From a virus (lineage: Duplodnaviria > Caudoviricetes), in the IMG/VR virus record IMGVR_UViG_3300014000_000001, positions 160,001 through 224,000 of that record: a stretch of DNA of 64,000 nucleotides. One strand, given 5' to 3'. Positions within the stretch are counted from its first letter, which is position 1. Every line of letters begins with the position of its first letter. Below, piece by piece: positions 1 to 10,315 of the stretch. Made by a program: the position numbers and the translations under genes. The notes beneath the pieces are model-generated. The model saw only the letters and a list, made by a program, of their open reading frames with translations. It made no database searches and was not told the DNA's origin.

Positions 1-1
1 T

Positions 2-1174
2 GCAGGTAAAGCAGGACGCTCAACTGTTACACGTGTAGACAAAAAGCAATACATGATGAAAACTGTGTATGAGCTTGACTACACCTTGGTTGAAATTATT
101 GATAAGGAAAGTACCCTAACTCATCTAGATAGCTACGTAGTAAAAAAATCAGTATTTAATAAAGATTTAATCACGTTCAATACTGACCCACTTATCATTA
201 AAGAAGACTATGATGATTTTCTTGAAGCCCAAGATGTGGAAGCAGAACTCATCGATGATTTCTTAAAAGAGTTCTTCTCTCAAGAACTTTCAACTTTTGC
301 AGTTCCGGGTTACGGTAAAAACAAAGTCACGTATGACCCTTATGTTGTTGAAGCGTTTAGAGAGGTGGTGAACGTTGATGAACACCCACTCATGCAACGT
401 CTGAAAACCGTGAATCTAAATGAACTTCGTGAGGTTTATAGTTTTAGCATTTGGCCAGTACTGCTACATCCAGAAGTAAATAAGATCCGTAACATCTGGA
501 AACGTGCAGCCCCTGTGATGTTTAATCAATTTCACGTTAATCCAAATATGGCTTCCTTACGTTATTCTGGATTCTATCAATGTTTATCTCCAATTGAGGA
601 TTTAAACAATGTGGATTACTATCAAGGGTATGCGCAGCGTCCTAAACAAGGTGGGATGATCACAAGCTCTCAAATCACTTCAATCCTTGCAGGTGGTTTT
701 GGTACCGCAGTTGGTGAACAATTAGCTCAAGAACTTAAAAACCAAAACAAAGTATGTTGTCATCATCTTGTACATTATCATGAAGCGAATAAACAAGCGA
801 TTGGAACAGATTCAGCACGCTACCTAGACTTAGTGAATAAATGGGTAAGAGCAACAGGTCATTGGTCAGCATGTTCGATTTGTGGTGGGTGTGAGGTATG
901 TTGTGATGGAAATTGCAATGATGCGAATAACGATGATGGATGTGTGAAAGAAGATCCATATGCTTATGTGATTCCCTCATCCTTCTGGGAGAAGAATGTT
1001 CTTGACGATGTATTCTCTTCAATCATCAGACGTTACCTAGACGGGGTGAGAATCCCATTAAATGAACTCACACGGTATATTAGAGATCGGGAAAGTTTAA
1101 GCCCTAAAGATCGTTTCTATCGCATGATGGTAATGTTGATTATTTTACGGTCAGCTTTAAGGAGTGGTCATTAA
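2..1174 (+). CDS. phiKZ-like virion structural protein (gp99-like), 5'-truncated by window edge
   Basis: Frame of ORF 53..1174 stays open back to base 2 (AGKAGRSTVTRVDKKQYMMKT), so the true start is probably upstream. Position just before gp100/gp101-like genes fits phiKZ order (recall). Confidence 0.5.
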   Translation, partial: AGKAGRSTVTRVDKKQYMMKTVYELDYTLVEIIDKESTLTHLDSYVVKKSVFNKDLITFNTDPLIIKEDYDDFLEAQDVEAELIDDFLKEFFSQELSTFAVPGYGKNKVTYDPYVVEAFREVVNVDEHPLMQRLKTVNLNELREVYSFSIWPVLLHPEVNKIRNIWKRAAPVMFNQFHVNPNMASLRYSGFYQCLSPIEDLNNVDYYQGYAQRPKQGGMITSSQITSILAGGFGTAVGEQLAQELKNQNKVCCHHLVHYHEANKQAIGTDSARYLDLVNKWVRATGHWSACSICGGCEVCCDGNCNDANNDDGCVKEDPYAYVIPSSFWEKNVLDDVFSSIIRRYLDGVRIPLNELTRYIRDRESLSPKDRFYRMMVMLIILRSALRSGH

Positions 1175-1872
1175 TGTCACGTTATGAACGATTTATGCAA
1201 AACGTTGAGTATGATCCAGCGTTTGTTAAACAACTGCAGTCTACCCATAAATTATTTCATGAACGTATGCAAGTTATGGTTCCTGCATATGCAGCTCAAA
1301 GTGTTGAAAAACATAAACTCTATGGAACTGTTTATAATGAGGGTTCGACCAAAGAAGAGCGTGATCAATATAACCGTTCTATGGTTAAGGTGTGGATGGC
1401 GCCAATTCGCCACATCATTCTTTACTCGGAGGGTGTACCAATTGCATACCCTTCTAGAGAACGAGCAGCTCGAATTTACTTTTATATCAAAGATCATGTT
1501 AAGACATGGAATGATCTTCTCTCAACCAGCATGAACCTACGTGCAGTCGCCCCGCCTTTGGATGACTTTGAACTTATGCTTGAGTTTGCTGAGAATTTAG
1601 ATCAGTTCCTTGAATTCTATTATAAGTCAGGGAATAAACAAAATTATTTCCAGCGCCATACCATGAACCGTTTTGCAGCGGATGATAAACTTTGGCATCG
1701 TGGGGACTCTACCTATTCTCGTTTGAAAGAGGGTGTGTTTAGTCTATTGTCTAATCGTGTCCCACGTAATGATGAGCCCGCAACCAAAGTAAATAGTACC
1801 TATCAAGCGCCTCAAAGCGCTGATATTACTACTGCAGATGAGTTTGCGTTGGAAAATGCTATACAACGATAA
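1174..1872 (+). CDS. Conserved phiKZ-like hypothetical protein (gp100-like)
   Basis: 232-aa ORF, TAATG coupling to upstream gene, AAGGAG upstream; identity from synteny only. Confidence 0.5.
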   Translation: MSRYERFMQNVEYDPAFVKQLQSTHKLFHERMQVMVPAYAAQSVEKHKLYGTVYNEGSTKEERDQYNRSMVKVWMAPIRHIILYSEGVPIAYPSRERAARIYFYIKDHVKTWNDLLSTSMNLRAVAPPLDDFELMLEFAENLDQFLEFYYKSGNKQNYFQRHTMNRFAADDKLWHRGDSTYSRLKEGVFSLLSNRVPRNDEPATKVNSTYQAPQSADITTADEFALENAIQR

Positions 1873-1886
1873 AACAGAGATCAACA

Positions 1887-3251
1887 ATGAATGGACTAGA
1901 TATTAATTCTACTCCCTTTAAACATGAAGTATCATCTGTCATTGATGCAGGGAAATATTCTCCCTGCTATCATTTTGATTTAGAATTTCATGTCAAAGGA
2001 GAAAGCTACAAACCACTTACGATCTTAGGGGTTTCGATTGTGCGAAACTTCCTAAGAGATTATTATCAGATCCTTGCTGTGGAGTTTCAAACCACGGGTT
2101 ATATTCGTGAAGTTCTTATTGAGAATATGGATCAGCTTGAGGTTACTTTCAAAACCTACGAAATAGGACGCAATACCCCTTACTCTTTAGCTGCGCTACG
2201 AAATCCAAAGATTAGACAATACAAAGCTAAACTTTATTTGAGCGAATCAGATTACATCACTCAAAATAACTTTGCAGTTAACAATGCAGCCTACATGCAA
2301 GATAAAAGTTTAGTTGAAGTTAAGGTTCAGTTAGTTGAGAAGGGATTTGAAGAATTAAAAACTCGCTTTGTGGGTGGTAATTACTACAACATCTCAGGAG
2401 GTTCGTTAATTCGCCATCTAATCGATTACCATGCTAACTTAAATAATGATGATGTTAATACACTTATCAATGGAGTAGATTGCGCTCCTAACGAGAATTC
2501 AGAAGCAAGAGAGCAGATTTCCATTCGAGACGGTACCAGTTTAATTGAAGCTATGCATGTTGTGAATGAAAACTGTGGTGGGTTATATCCTGCTGGGTTT
2601 AGTTATTATATCCATAACAACATCTGGTATGTATTTCCTCCTTATTCATTGGCGCGCTTTGGTGAAGATCGTGAACGCTTAGTTATTGTAAACTTACCGA
2701 AGAATAAACTTCCAGGGATTGAAAACACTTATAATGATCAAACTAAAACGATTGTTATTTTATCCACACGTGATTCTACCGTGAAAGATAATCGGGAATC
2801 TAAAAAGATTGAAGTGGGTACTGGAACACGGTTTATTGACGCTGCTAGGTTATTAACTGGTTTTGGTAAAGTTGAAAACAATAAAGTTTTGGTAGATGCA
2901 TCACAAAATGTTAACGACTTGATGGTTGAAGAGCGAGCAGATGGAACAAACTTCATGCGTTTCTCTAAGACCAGGATTACCTCTGGTAAGAATTTAGAAT
3001 TGTCTAAACTTGCACCATCTAAAGGGTTCATGATGCGAATCTCTTGGGAGAATTCAAAAGAGAATCTAATCAAACCAGGAATGGCAGTAAAAGTGCTTTA
3101 TCTAAAAGGCAATAAAACTAAAGCAGCGGTAGGTAGCGTGATTGGGGTTGAATCTGGTTACTATCCTTTTGAGAATAGTTATCCAGCAATGAAATTTGCA
3201 GTTATGAGTTATATTGATGTATTTGTGAGTGAAGAAAATGTCCAAGGGTAA
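1887..3251 (+). CDS. phiKZ-like virion structural protein (gp101-like, probable baseplate hub-type)
   Basis: 454-aa ORF; motifs GFSYYIHNNIWYVFPPY and ISWENS...IKPGMAVKVLY typical of this family as recalled; synteny. Confidence 0.55.
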   Translation: MNGLDINSTPFKHEVSSVIDAGKYSPCYHFDLEFHVKGESYKPLTILGVSIVRNFLRDYYQILAVEFQTTGYIREVLIENMDQLEVTFKTYEIGRNTPYSLAALRNPKIRQYKAKLYLSESDYITQNNFAVNNAAYMQDKSLVEVKVQLVEKGFEELKTRFVGGNYYNISGGSLIRHLIDYHANLNNDDVNTLINGVDCAPNENSEAREQISIRDGTSLIEAMHVVNENCGGLYPAGFSYYIHNNIWYVFPPYSLARFGEDRERLVIVNLPKNKLPGIENTYNDQTKTIVILSTRDSTVKDNRESKKIEVGTGTRFIDAARLLTGFGKVENNKVLVDASQNVNDLMVEERADGTNFMRFSKTRITSGKNLELSKLAPSKGFMMRISWENSKENLIKPGMAVKVLYLKGNKTKAAVGSVIGVESGYYPFENSYPAMKFAVMSYIDVFVSEENVQG

Positions 3252-3852
3252 ATTCATTTGTTTCGAAGGTATGGATTTTTCAGGGAAAACTACAACCCTT
3301 AATAATTTAACGAAATTATTAGATGCACGCGGTGTGGAGTACATCACGACACGTGAGCCAGGTGGTACAGCTCTGGCAGAAAAGCTAAGAGCATTATTAC
3401 TTAACGACACAACGATTGATGTATTCGAACAAGCATTACTTTTCCAAGCGGCTCGTCGCCAACATTGTCGATTGATTATTCAACCTGCTTTAGATGAAGG
3501 GAAGTGGGTAATTTCAGATCGTTACATTATTTCATCTTTAGTTTATCAGCACGATGCCAAGAAACTTTTGCAAGATACCGCAAAGCTAATGAATCTTATA
3601 GAACCTGATTACCTGATCTACACTCGTTGTGGATACGAAACAACTTTGCAACGCAAGCAAAGTCGTAAGGATAATAATCATTTAGACGAGGTATTCACTC
3701 GACATTATGAGAAGTATTCAAAACTTTTCGATCATTATGCATGTCTTTTAGAAGATATGTCTCTAACCATTGACACCAATAAATCTACAGATGAGATTGA
3801 ACTTATCTTGGGGGATTTTGTGGATAAAATATTAGGAGATAAGAATGTCTAA
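3238..3852 (+). CDS. tmk: Thymidylate (dTMP) kinase
   Basis: FICFEGMDFSGKTT P-loop, TREPGGT, LFQAARRQH and VISDRY motifs. ATG 3238 preferred over track GTG 3229. Confidence 0.95.
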   Translation: MSKGKFICFEGMDFSGKTTTLNNLTKLLDARGVEYITTREPGGTALAEKLRALLLNDTTIDVFEQALLFQAARRQHCRLIIQPALDEGKWVISDRYIISSLVYQHDAKKLLQDTAKLMNLIEPDYLIYTRCGYETTLQRKQSRKDNNHLDEVFTRHYEKYSKLFDHYACLLEDMSLTIDTNKSTDEIELILGDFVDKILGDKNV

Positions 3853-4222
3853 AGTAGCTGCTTTATTCCTTTCTTTTTTTGTTGCCCTTGGATATCTAAC
3901 GATTGCGAACTCAACATTAGCTAAAACCACCGATCAACCTATCGTGGTTAAGGATAGTTTACCTGCCATTACTGTTGTTGAACAAATTAAACCACCAACA
4001 TCAACGACATTACTAGAGTCAGACAAAATTCTACGGTATCAACTGCGGCATCGTTATACGTTTAATTGTAACGGTGTGAAGTATGGGGTGATTGATTATA
4101 ACCAACAATTTAATTACACTGAAATCACATTACTCAGTGGGCAAAAACTGAAAGTGGGAACATCCTGCTTAATCAAATCAGGAGATCCAATCCATTCCAT
4201 TTATATCTATCAACGTGAATAA
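3845..4222 (+). CDS. Hypothetical exported/membrane-anchored protein
   Basis: AGGAG RBS; N-terminal K plus hydrophobic stretch (MSKVAALFLSFFVALGYLTIANSTLA) resembling a signal peptide. Confidence 0.6.
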   Translation: MSKVAALFLSFFVALGYLTIANSTLAKTTDQPIVVKDSLPAITVVEQIKPPTSTTLLESDKILRYQLRHRYTFNCNGVKYGVIDYNQQFNYTEITLLSGQKLKVGTSCLIKSGDPIHSIYIYQRE

Positions 4223-4233
4223 CGCATAGCATT

Positions 4234-4261
4234 CCTAGGGAGTCCAATTGGACTCCCTAGG
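4234..4261. terminator. Perfect 28-bp palindrome between convergent genes (probable bidirectional terminator)
   Basis: cctagggagtccaa|ttggactccctagg, no spacer, CCTAGG at both ends. Confidence 0.7.
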
Positions 4262-4276
4262 GTCTTATGTTCCATA

Positions 4277-5827
4277 TTAGAACATATCCGCATTTACATC
4301 ATTATTACCATAACCTGGTAAACGTCTTGTATATTTTGGTTCTCGTTGATAATCCCAAGGAATTGTTGCCACTGGGAGCATTTGATATACACAGAATTTC
4401 ATTGCTTCATCAGTGGGATTACCCGGTTTACGGTGTTTACCGCGTTGCCACATAATGTAGTGTTTCCCACCAATGATAACTTTATGTTGATAGATCTCCA
4501 TGTCTACTTCATTATCGACAGTACGGCAACCTGCGTAGTAGCCTAGTTCACATACTGCTTTAACCAAGATTTCCTCACCGTTACGTTCTAAAGCTTTGGC
4601 TTCTGTAGACATTTGGTGCGCGGTCAAGAATGCGATCTTCTTACGCAACATAAAGTTTTGTACACGCTGGTACAAATCTTGAATGTTCTTACCGTGGGGT
4701 CCTTCCACACAACCACGAGTCGACATCTTACCCATGTAATCTAGGGTAACCATGTGAACTTCATAACCTAACTCTTCATACCCTTCAATGGTTCCAAAGA
4801 GTTGGGCGTAATCGTAGTCCCCTGCAGCAAACTGACAAATCTTAAATTCAAAGCCAGAATTCTTAAAGAATAACATCACGTATTCGCGTGCAGCAATACG
4901 TTCTTCTTTAGTGAGGTTGGTAATACTAACAGGTTGACCTTCAAGCTGTTCACGAATGTATTTATACATGAACAACAATTCACCAAGAGCATCATTCTCT
5001 AAGGTGATATGTAACAACAATGCTTTACGTTTATCTTCCTGACCTTCCTTAGGTTCAGGCATTCTTAAATAGGTTGGTTGGTTAAAATAGGCAGCTTGAA
5101 TAATATTGGTGAATAACGCACCAGACTTCCATTTATGTTGAAGTGCTGAAATAACAACTGTTTCACCACGACGGATACCTTGATGATCACCAAAGAGATC
5201 ATTAAACCCCTGTAAACCAAAACCTAAAATACCACGGGTACTATAAACCTCCATGGCATCATCAAAACCATTATCAATGCTCTCAACGCTAGATAAATCG
5301 ATTTCACGAACTAAATTCTTTTTATTCCCACCAACGGTTCGAATGCTTTCCAATTGCATCGCTAACTCATCATAGAGTTTTCTTTCTTCTTCTGAACCTG
5401 TCGGTGCTGCGTGAATCTTAAACCGAATTGTATCTAAATTTTTAGTAAACTTGAATTTTTTTATATTTGAATCAATCGACGACTTTAATAAACGAATACG
5501 ACTTACGGTTTTGAGTTCATCACTTACATCTGTATTTACCCCAAGTTTAATTGCATTGAATGTTGCTTCGTCTTGTCCTAGCTTTAAACGAACTTGCTGT
5601 AAGAATAAATCTTTATCGTATGACGTGTTATTTAATTGCCAGTTTATGACATCCCTTAAACCCGTAACAGGGTTTTTGCCGAAGTCAAGTTGTTGCCCTT
5701 CAGTTGGGATACAAGTTTGCATCACCGAATCAATGGTGGGGGTATAGTTATTAAGGACGTGTTCCCCAGAACAACCTGCCAAAAACAACATTGTTGCAGC
5801 ATTGGCTAAAATACTTTTGATATCCAT
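4277..5827 (-). CDS. dnaB: DnaB-like replicative helicase (phiKZ gp118-like)
   Basis: GLQGFNDLFG..GIRRGE, atypical Walker A SALQHKWKSG, ITLEN, Walker B-like VTLDYM, TAHQMS, EVDMEI, QRGKHR; lies divergent to the capsid operon as in phiKZ. Confidence 0.88.
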   Translation of the reverse strand: MDIKSILANAATMLFLAGCSGEHVLNNYTPTIDSVMQTCIPTEGQQLDFGKNPVTGLRDVINWQLNNTSYDKDLFLQQVRLKLGQDEATFNAIKLGVNTDVSDELKTVSRIRLLKSSIDSNIKKFKFTKNLDTIRFKIHAAPTGSEEERKLYDELAMQLESIRTVGGNKKNLVREIDLSSVESIDNGFDDAMEVYSTRGILGFGLQGFNDLFGDHQGIRRGETVVISALQHKWKSGALFTNIIQAAYFNQPTYLRMPEPKEGQEDKRKALLLHITLENDALGELLFMYKYIREQLEGQPVSITNLTKEERIAAREYVMLFFKNSGFEFKICQFAAGDYDYAQLFGTIEGYEELGYEVHMVTLDYMGKMSTRGCVEGPHGKNIQDLYQRVQNFMLRKKIAFLTAHQMSTEAKALERNGEEILVKAVCELGYYAGCRTVDNEVDMEIYQHKVIIGGKHYIMWQRGKHRKPGNPTDEAMKFCVYQMLPVATIPWDYQREPKYTRRLPGYGNNDVNADMF

Positions 5828-5854
5828 TTTGGAACTCGCTAGAGGATAATTTCA

Positions 5855-6460
5855 ATGTATGATTTACTAAAAGCTAAATTACTCATTATGCCTGATTGGT
5901 TACAGTGTGCATTGGATGCTCACAATCTAACCTATTCTAACATCATTGATATGGGTGGGTTGGAGTCTATACTAAGTCAGAAAGATGTGCTTTTTTATCA
6001 GAAACAAGTAGAGGATGTGATTGCAGTGGTTAGCAAAAGCAGCCCACCTTTGATTTCACCTGTTCAAGCTCTTTTCGAATCTACCCAAGTATTGCATACA
6101 AATTCCCTAGCTTCGATTTCTTTAGGAAACCAAGCTTCCGGTTTAAATGAGTATGTAAAAATTAACGCATTATATGGAATAACCCATACAGGTTATAGTT
6201 TCTTCGGCGGAAGGAATATGCTCAGTTATTTACCACGACAGTTGGGGGCGTCATTAGAACCAACGGTAGCAGTTGATCCTTATGTAGAACGTGCTGGTGC
6301 TGATCTGTATGTTCTCAAGTTCACTTTAGGTTTCTATCAAGAGTGTCCTGTTCAAACCTTTATCTCCAACACATTAAATCTCCTTATGGGGGATTATGGT
6401 TTTAATGAAGTTGCGAAGACGAAACTGTTTGACTATTATACGTTAATGTCTGATAAGTAA
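5855..6460 (+). CDS. Hypothetical protein (phiKZ gp119 position, probably virion-associated)
   Basis: 201-aa ORF with GAGG RBS between helicase and major capsid gene. Confidence 0.55.
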   Translation: MYDLLKAKLLIMPDWLQCALDAHNLTYSNIIDMGGLESILSQKDVLFYQKQVEDVIAVVSKSSPPLISPVQALFESTQVLHTNSLASISLGNQASGLNEYVKINALYGITHTGYSFFGGRNMLSYLPRQLGASLEPTVAVDPYVERAGADLYVLKFTLGFYQECPVQTFISNTLNLLMGDYGFNEVAKTKLFDYYTLMSDK

Positions 6461-6563
6461 TATTGTTAAAGCAATCAGCCTGTATTTTTTAACACAAATA
6501 TTATAGAGCAATATAAAGCTTTAACAGATTTTTTCAAATCGATTGGAAAAAAGGTAAAAACTC

Positions 6564-8831
6564 ATGAGTAAACAAACTTTTAAGGTAACAAGTCAAACTC
6601 CTAAAGCCACTCGCGCTTTAGCTGATTTCACCGATAACCTCAAATCTGGCGCGTTGAATACTGCTGGAATTAAAATGGAAAGCATCAACACAACAGCTGA
6701 TACAGTTGGTGGTGGTGTATTAGCTGCGATCAAAGCGACTTTGAAAGAAGGTGGTTTCCATCGCTTCGCTCAAGCTCGTACAAAAGTGATTCGTCCTGGC
6801 GATCATCTACGCACTTCAGTTAAACTTGAAGATGCTAATGAGCAGGCTGAAGGTGAAACAGTAAACGAAGAAACACAAAATCTTGAATTTACAACTCCTG
6901 CTCAAGAACGTGCTGGTGTTATTGCTGCAGCTATGGCTGATCAACCTGCTGAATGGGCACAAGCAGCCCTCGAAGCCACCAACGATGCACAAAACCATAC
7001 CAACAATACAGAAGATGGTGTTGAGTTTGCTGAGCGTGTTAAACTTGAAGCATATGATGATGCAAACTTCCGTGATGCGGTAGGTTATTCTGTTGTGTGG
7101 AACGTTGTATCTGCGCGTCAATCAAACGCTGTTGAAAACGTCTGGCCGTGTTTGGTTCTTGAACCTAACCAATCTCACGTTGAAGCTGTGGTGCAATTCC
7201 AAACATTCCAACAAGAATTCCGTCACAAACCTACAGGTGATGTGATTGATCCAGGTCGTGTTCTGTTAATGGAAGCAATCATCGATGGTTCTATCCTTGA
7301 TGAAAACATTATCAAAATCGTTCCAGTTTACGAAGATGGTGTTTCTGATAAACACTTCATTGACCCAGCAATCATTGCCCACAAGCAAGTTATTGTTGAA
7401 GGTGAAGAAGTTACTACTGGTCCATTGACTATTGGTGAAGAACACAACTTAATCGGTTTAGGTGCCGCTGCAATCGCAGGTCTTACTCAAGATCCAAACA
7501 CCGCAACTCAGTTGGCTCCAATGCCTCGCTTGGAAAACATCTATCTTCAAATCACCAACAAAACTGATCAGAAGTCAGTAATTAAAATTGATGCGACTAC
7601 ACTTGCTCGCTCAAGCTTTACTGCAGCACCTGAAGGTAACACTCGTGAAATCCAGTTGAACTTCCAAGCAACTCAATTAGGTTTGGATGGTAATACTGTT
7701 GATGTAACTGGCGCCCCTGCTCAAGCGTTGGCATTCTTACGTCAAGCACAATATACCAAGCATCGTCTTGAGTTCTCATTGAAAGTTTATGGTTCTGGTA
7801 ACCTTGAATATGGTCAAATGGAAATCAACGCTGCTAAAGGTAAACTTGGCATTGTTAAAGTACAGCAAGGTCTTGGTCACTTCACTAAAGAAAAAGATAA
7901 CGACGTCGTTACTGCTCTTCACAGTGAAATTAAATCAATTGAATTGATCGCATTTGATCCAGATGCAAGCCGTACAAACATCGACCGTCGTCAACGTGGT
8001 CCATTGACTAACGTAACTGCACAACGTGAAAAATACTACGTGCGTTTGGGTAGCCCGATCTCTACAATCTTCCCAGCAACTGAAGCAACTTCAAACATCG
8101 ATTTGATTGCTCCAATGACCGCAACTCGTATCAAAAACGACTACTACGGTATTAAAGCATTGTTCCGTAACGCGGAAACATTGTCTGGTATCGCTGTGTC
8201 TTACGAAAACGATCTTGCACGTGCTGAAACCAAAGCTATTGGCCGTTACATCATGATGCCTTACTATCGTCATGTTCGTATCTCAATGCTTGACATTGTG
8301 GATTCTAACCGTTCTAAGAACAAGTTAGAAGATGCTCAACATGCGTTCTTGAACTACGTTCGTGATATCATCATCCATGCGATGCGTGATTCTAAATACG
8401 AATTGGCTCTTCAAGTTCAAACTGGTAATGCAGAAGCGAAACCAACTCTTGCCATGATCACTAACCAGGTGCTTGGTAAATACCTATTCCAATTAGGCGA
8501 TACTCGTATCCTAGGTAGCTTGCCATACCCAGTTGTTGCGGATACTCACGCTTCTAACTTGCTTGGTAACTACGGTTCTGATGAACACGAAATGTTCATT
8601 GTTCCGACGCTTCCAGGTACACAAATGAACGCGTTGAACTTCGGTCACTTCTTATGGAAACCAGAACTTGCTTCTACTCTACAAGTAACTCGTGATGGTT
8701 CTACAAGCCGTGAATTGGTCGTACAACCTTGCTGCGAATGGCACATGACTTGCCCATTTATGATTCGTATTACAGTAACTGATATGACTCATGTAATGAC
8801 TTCTAAAACTCCTCTTGCTATTCTTGTTTAA
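6564..8831 (+). CDS. Major capsid protein precursor (phiKZ gp120-like)
   Basis: 755 aa, strongly biased high-expression codons, acidic N-terminal propeptide ending ..KLE-AYDD, motifs RTNIDRRQRG and LNFGHFLWKPEL, followed by a strong hairpin; synteny. Confidence 0.88.
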   Translation: MSKQTFKVTSQTPKATRALADFTDNLKSGALNTAGIKMESINTTADTVGGGVLAAIKATLKEGGFHRFAQARTKVIRPGDHLRTSVKLEDANEQAEGETVNEETQNLEFTTPAQERAGVIAAAMADQPAEWAQAALEATNDAQNHTNNTEDGVEFAERVKLEAYDDANFRDAVGYSVVWNVVSARQSNAVENVWPCLVLEPNQSHVEAVVQFQTFQQEFRHKPTGDVIDPGRVLLMEAIIDGSILDENIIKIVPVYEDGVSDKHFIDPAIIAHKQVIVEGEEVTTGPLTIGEEHNLIGLGAAAIAGLTQDPNTATQLAPMPRLENIYLQITNKTDQKSVIKIDATTLARSSFTAAPEGNTREIQLNFQATQLGLDGNTVDVTGAPAQALAFLRQAQYTKHRLEFSLKVYGSGNLEYGQMEINAAKGKLGIVKVQQGLGHFTKEKDNDVVTALHSEIKSIELIAFDPDASRTNIDRRQRGPLTNVTAQREKYYVRLGSPISTIFPATEATSNIDLIAPMTATRIKNDYYGIKALFRNAETLSGIAVSYENDLARAETKAIGRYIMMPYYRHVRISMLDIVDSNRSKNKLEDAQHAFLNYVRDIIIHAMRDSKYELALQVQTGNAEAKPTLAMITNQVLGKYLFQLGDTRILGSLPYPVVADTHASNLLGNYGSDEHEMFIVPTLPGTQMNALNFGHFLWKPELASTLQVTRDGSTSRELVVQPCCEWHMTCPFMIRITVTDMTHVMTSKTPLAILV

Positions 8832-8853
8832 TAGTTAGCTGGTCTTTAGAATT

Positions 8854-8888
8854 AAGAAGCCTCTCCCAATGGGAGAGGCTTCTTCTTT
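8854..8888 (+). terminator. Terminator of capsid operon
   Basis: aagaagcctctccca-a-tgggagaggcttctt (15-bp arms) followed by cttt. Confidence 0.8.
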
Positions 8889-8907
8889 ATGCATTAATCT
8901 CAATTTA

Positions 8908-8932
8908 TTTCAGATATATATTATCTAAGTGA
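8908..8932 (+). promoter_or_regulatory. Putative early (virion RNAP) promoter, copy 1
   Basis: tttcagATATATATTATCTAAgTGA; core ATATAYATTATCTAAnTGA occurs five times intergenically; resembles phiKZ early TATATTAC element. Confidence 0.7.
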
Positions 8933-8984
8933 ACTAGATCATTAATCCTAATGATCATCAATCTTTATTACAGAGGTAAATAAA

Positions 8985-9338
8985 ATGACTACTTATGTTT
9001 CTAAAATCCAAACCCAATTTAATCTTGCAAATATCAAAGAATGTTTAGAAGATCATAATGGAAAAGGTAGAGCAATATTGCTAGATCTTATTGGTACACT
9101 CGCAGGCATTGGGTTGGCGACCAAAGAAATATCCCACAATGAGTGGGCGATAACCTATATCACCGACATAGACACTCGCTATGTCAAAATAGATTTCGAG
9201 CATGATTGCATCACCTCTTTAAATATTGATAATGATACATTCCTTTCACAATCTACTGATGTGATTTGTTCCGCTGAAAATCTATATAAACTCTGTATAG
9301 GTTTGGAGTACGGGTACACTAAAGCAAATTCTAAATAA
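8985..9338 (+). CDS. Hypothetical early protein
   Basis: 117-aa ORF, AGAGGT RBS, own promoter and terminator. Confidence 0.75.
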   Translation: MTTYVSKIQTQFNLANIKECLEDHNGKGRAILLDLIGTLAGIGLATKEISHNEWAITYITDIDTRYVKIDFEHDCITSLNIDNDTFLSQSTDVICSAENLYKLCIGLEYGYTKANSK

Positions 9339-9341
9339 GAT

Positions 9342-9368
9342 AAAGCCCTTCGGGGCTTTTCTTTTTTT
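9342..9368 (+). terminator. Intrinsic terminator with UUCG loop
   Basis: aaagccc-ttcg-gggcttt followed by a T run. Confidence 0.85.
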
Positions 9369-9474
9369 ATTCTTTTACAGATTTAACTATTATTTGAATA
9401 CCCCTTTCAAGGATATTAAAACAGAGAAAAGATCTATGCCATTAAAGGGGTTTCAATAATGATACTTAACCATA

Positions 9475-9499
9475 TTTTAGATATACATTATCTAATTGA
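9475..9499 (+). promoter_or_regulatory. Putative early promoter, copy 2
   Basis: ttttagATATACATTATCTAAtTGA about 25 nt upstream of ORF 9524. Confidence 0.7.
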
Positions 9500-9523
9500 A
9501 GATGCTCAAAACAGAGGTTTATA

Positions 9524-10309
9524 GTGATGAACTTAGATGATAAATTATGGAATTCAGAATACGCAGATCATCTGGTATTAGGATCAAACATTCGTACCCA
9601 TAATGAGGAAATCGTTGATATTAAAGTCAATGCATATTTGAATGAAGGATTCGCTCATCTAAATTACAGTAGTACCAAAAAGGGACAACCTGAATATAGC
9701 TTTAGTGGTTTACAAAGCCGTGTAGTTATCTTAGATAAGTTAAGAGCTTTTCGCGATAATGATCACACCAAAACGGAAATGCGTAGCGTTCGCGTCGATA
9801 CTGCAAAGTTATCTGATTTGGATAAAGAAACACTAGAGAATATTTTTCGTCATCCAGTGTTCTTAGAAGGTTATACGGTGACGCTATCTGCAAGTAAAGC
9901 AGTTCAGGTTGAAAAGCCCGTAACTCGTGAAGACTTTAATGATTTATTTTATTCATCTAATTGCCCGAAATTAGATGAGAAAGGTGATGTCTACCTAATT
10001 CTACGTGCAGTTAAGGGTGACGAAATTAAATTCCAATCCTTCAATCTAACTGAATTGTACATTAACCGTTATGTTGAGTTAAATGACATCATTGACCTTT
10101 TAGAGTTTCAGGTGAGTTTGGATGCGCGTAGCTCAACACGTATTGCTCCAGAAGCCTTGCACCGACATGATCCAAATTACAAAGAGCAACTTAAACGCGC
10201 TCAGAGTAATTTAGTTGAGTTAGAAACAAATAACTTAAGAAGTTGGGTATCTGATGTAATTGATGAACAAAAGGCTGGAATTCGTGTAATTCCAAATAGA
10301 AGGAAGTAG
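9524..10309 (+). CDS. Hypothetical early protein
   Basis: 261-aa ORF, AGAGGT RBS; start could be GTG 9524 or ATG 9527. Confidence 0.75.
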   Translation: MMNLDDKLWNSEYADHLVLGSNIRTHNEEIVDIKVNAYLNEGFAHLNYSSTKKGQPEYSFSGLQSRVVILDKLRAFRDNDHTKTEMRSVRVDTAKLSDLDKETLENIFRHPVFLEGYTVTLSASKAVQVEKPVTREDFNDLFYSSNCPKLDEKGDVYLILRAVKGDEIKFQSFNLTELYINRYVELNDIIDLLEFQVSLDARSSTRIAPEALHRHDPNYKEQLKRAQSNLVELETNNLRSWVSDVIDEQKAGIRVIPNRRK

Positions 10310-10315
10310 AGGAGG

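Noticed and set aside
719-740. 22-bp exact match with 31188-31209 (caattagctcaagaacttaaaa, QLAQELK in both)
   Set aside because: Single short match in unrelated genes using common codons for a common helical peptide; no flanking similarity.
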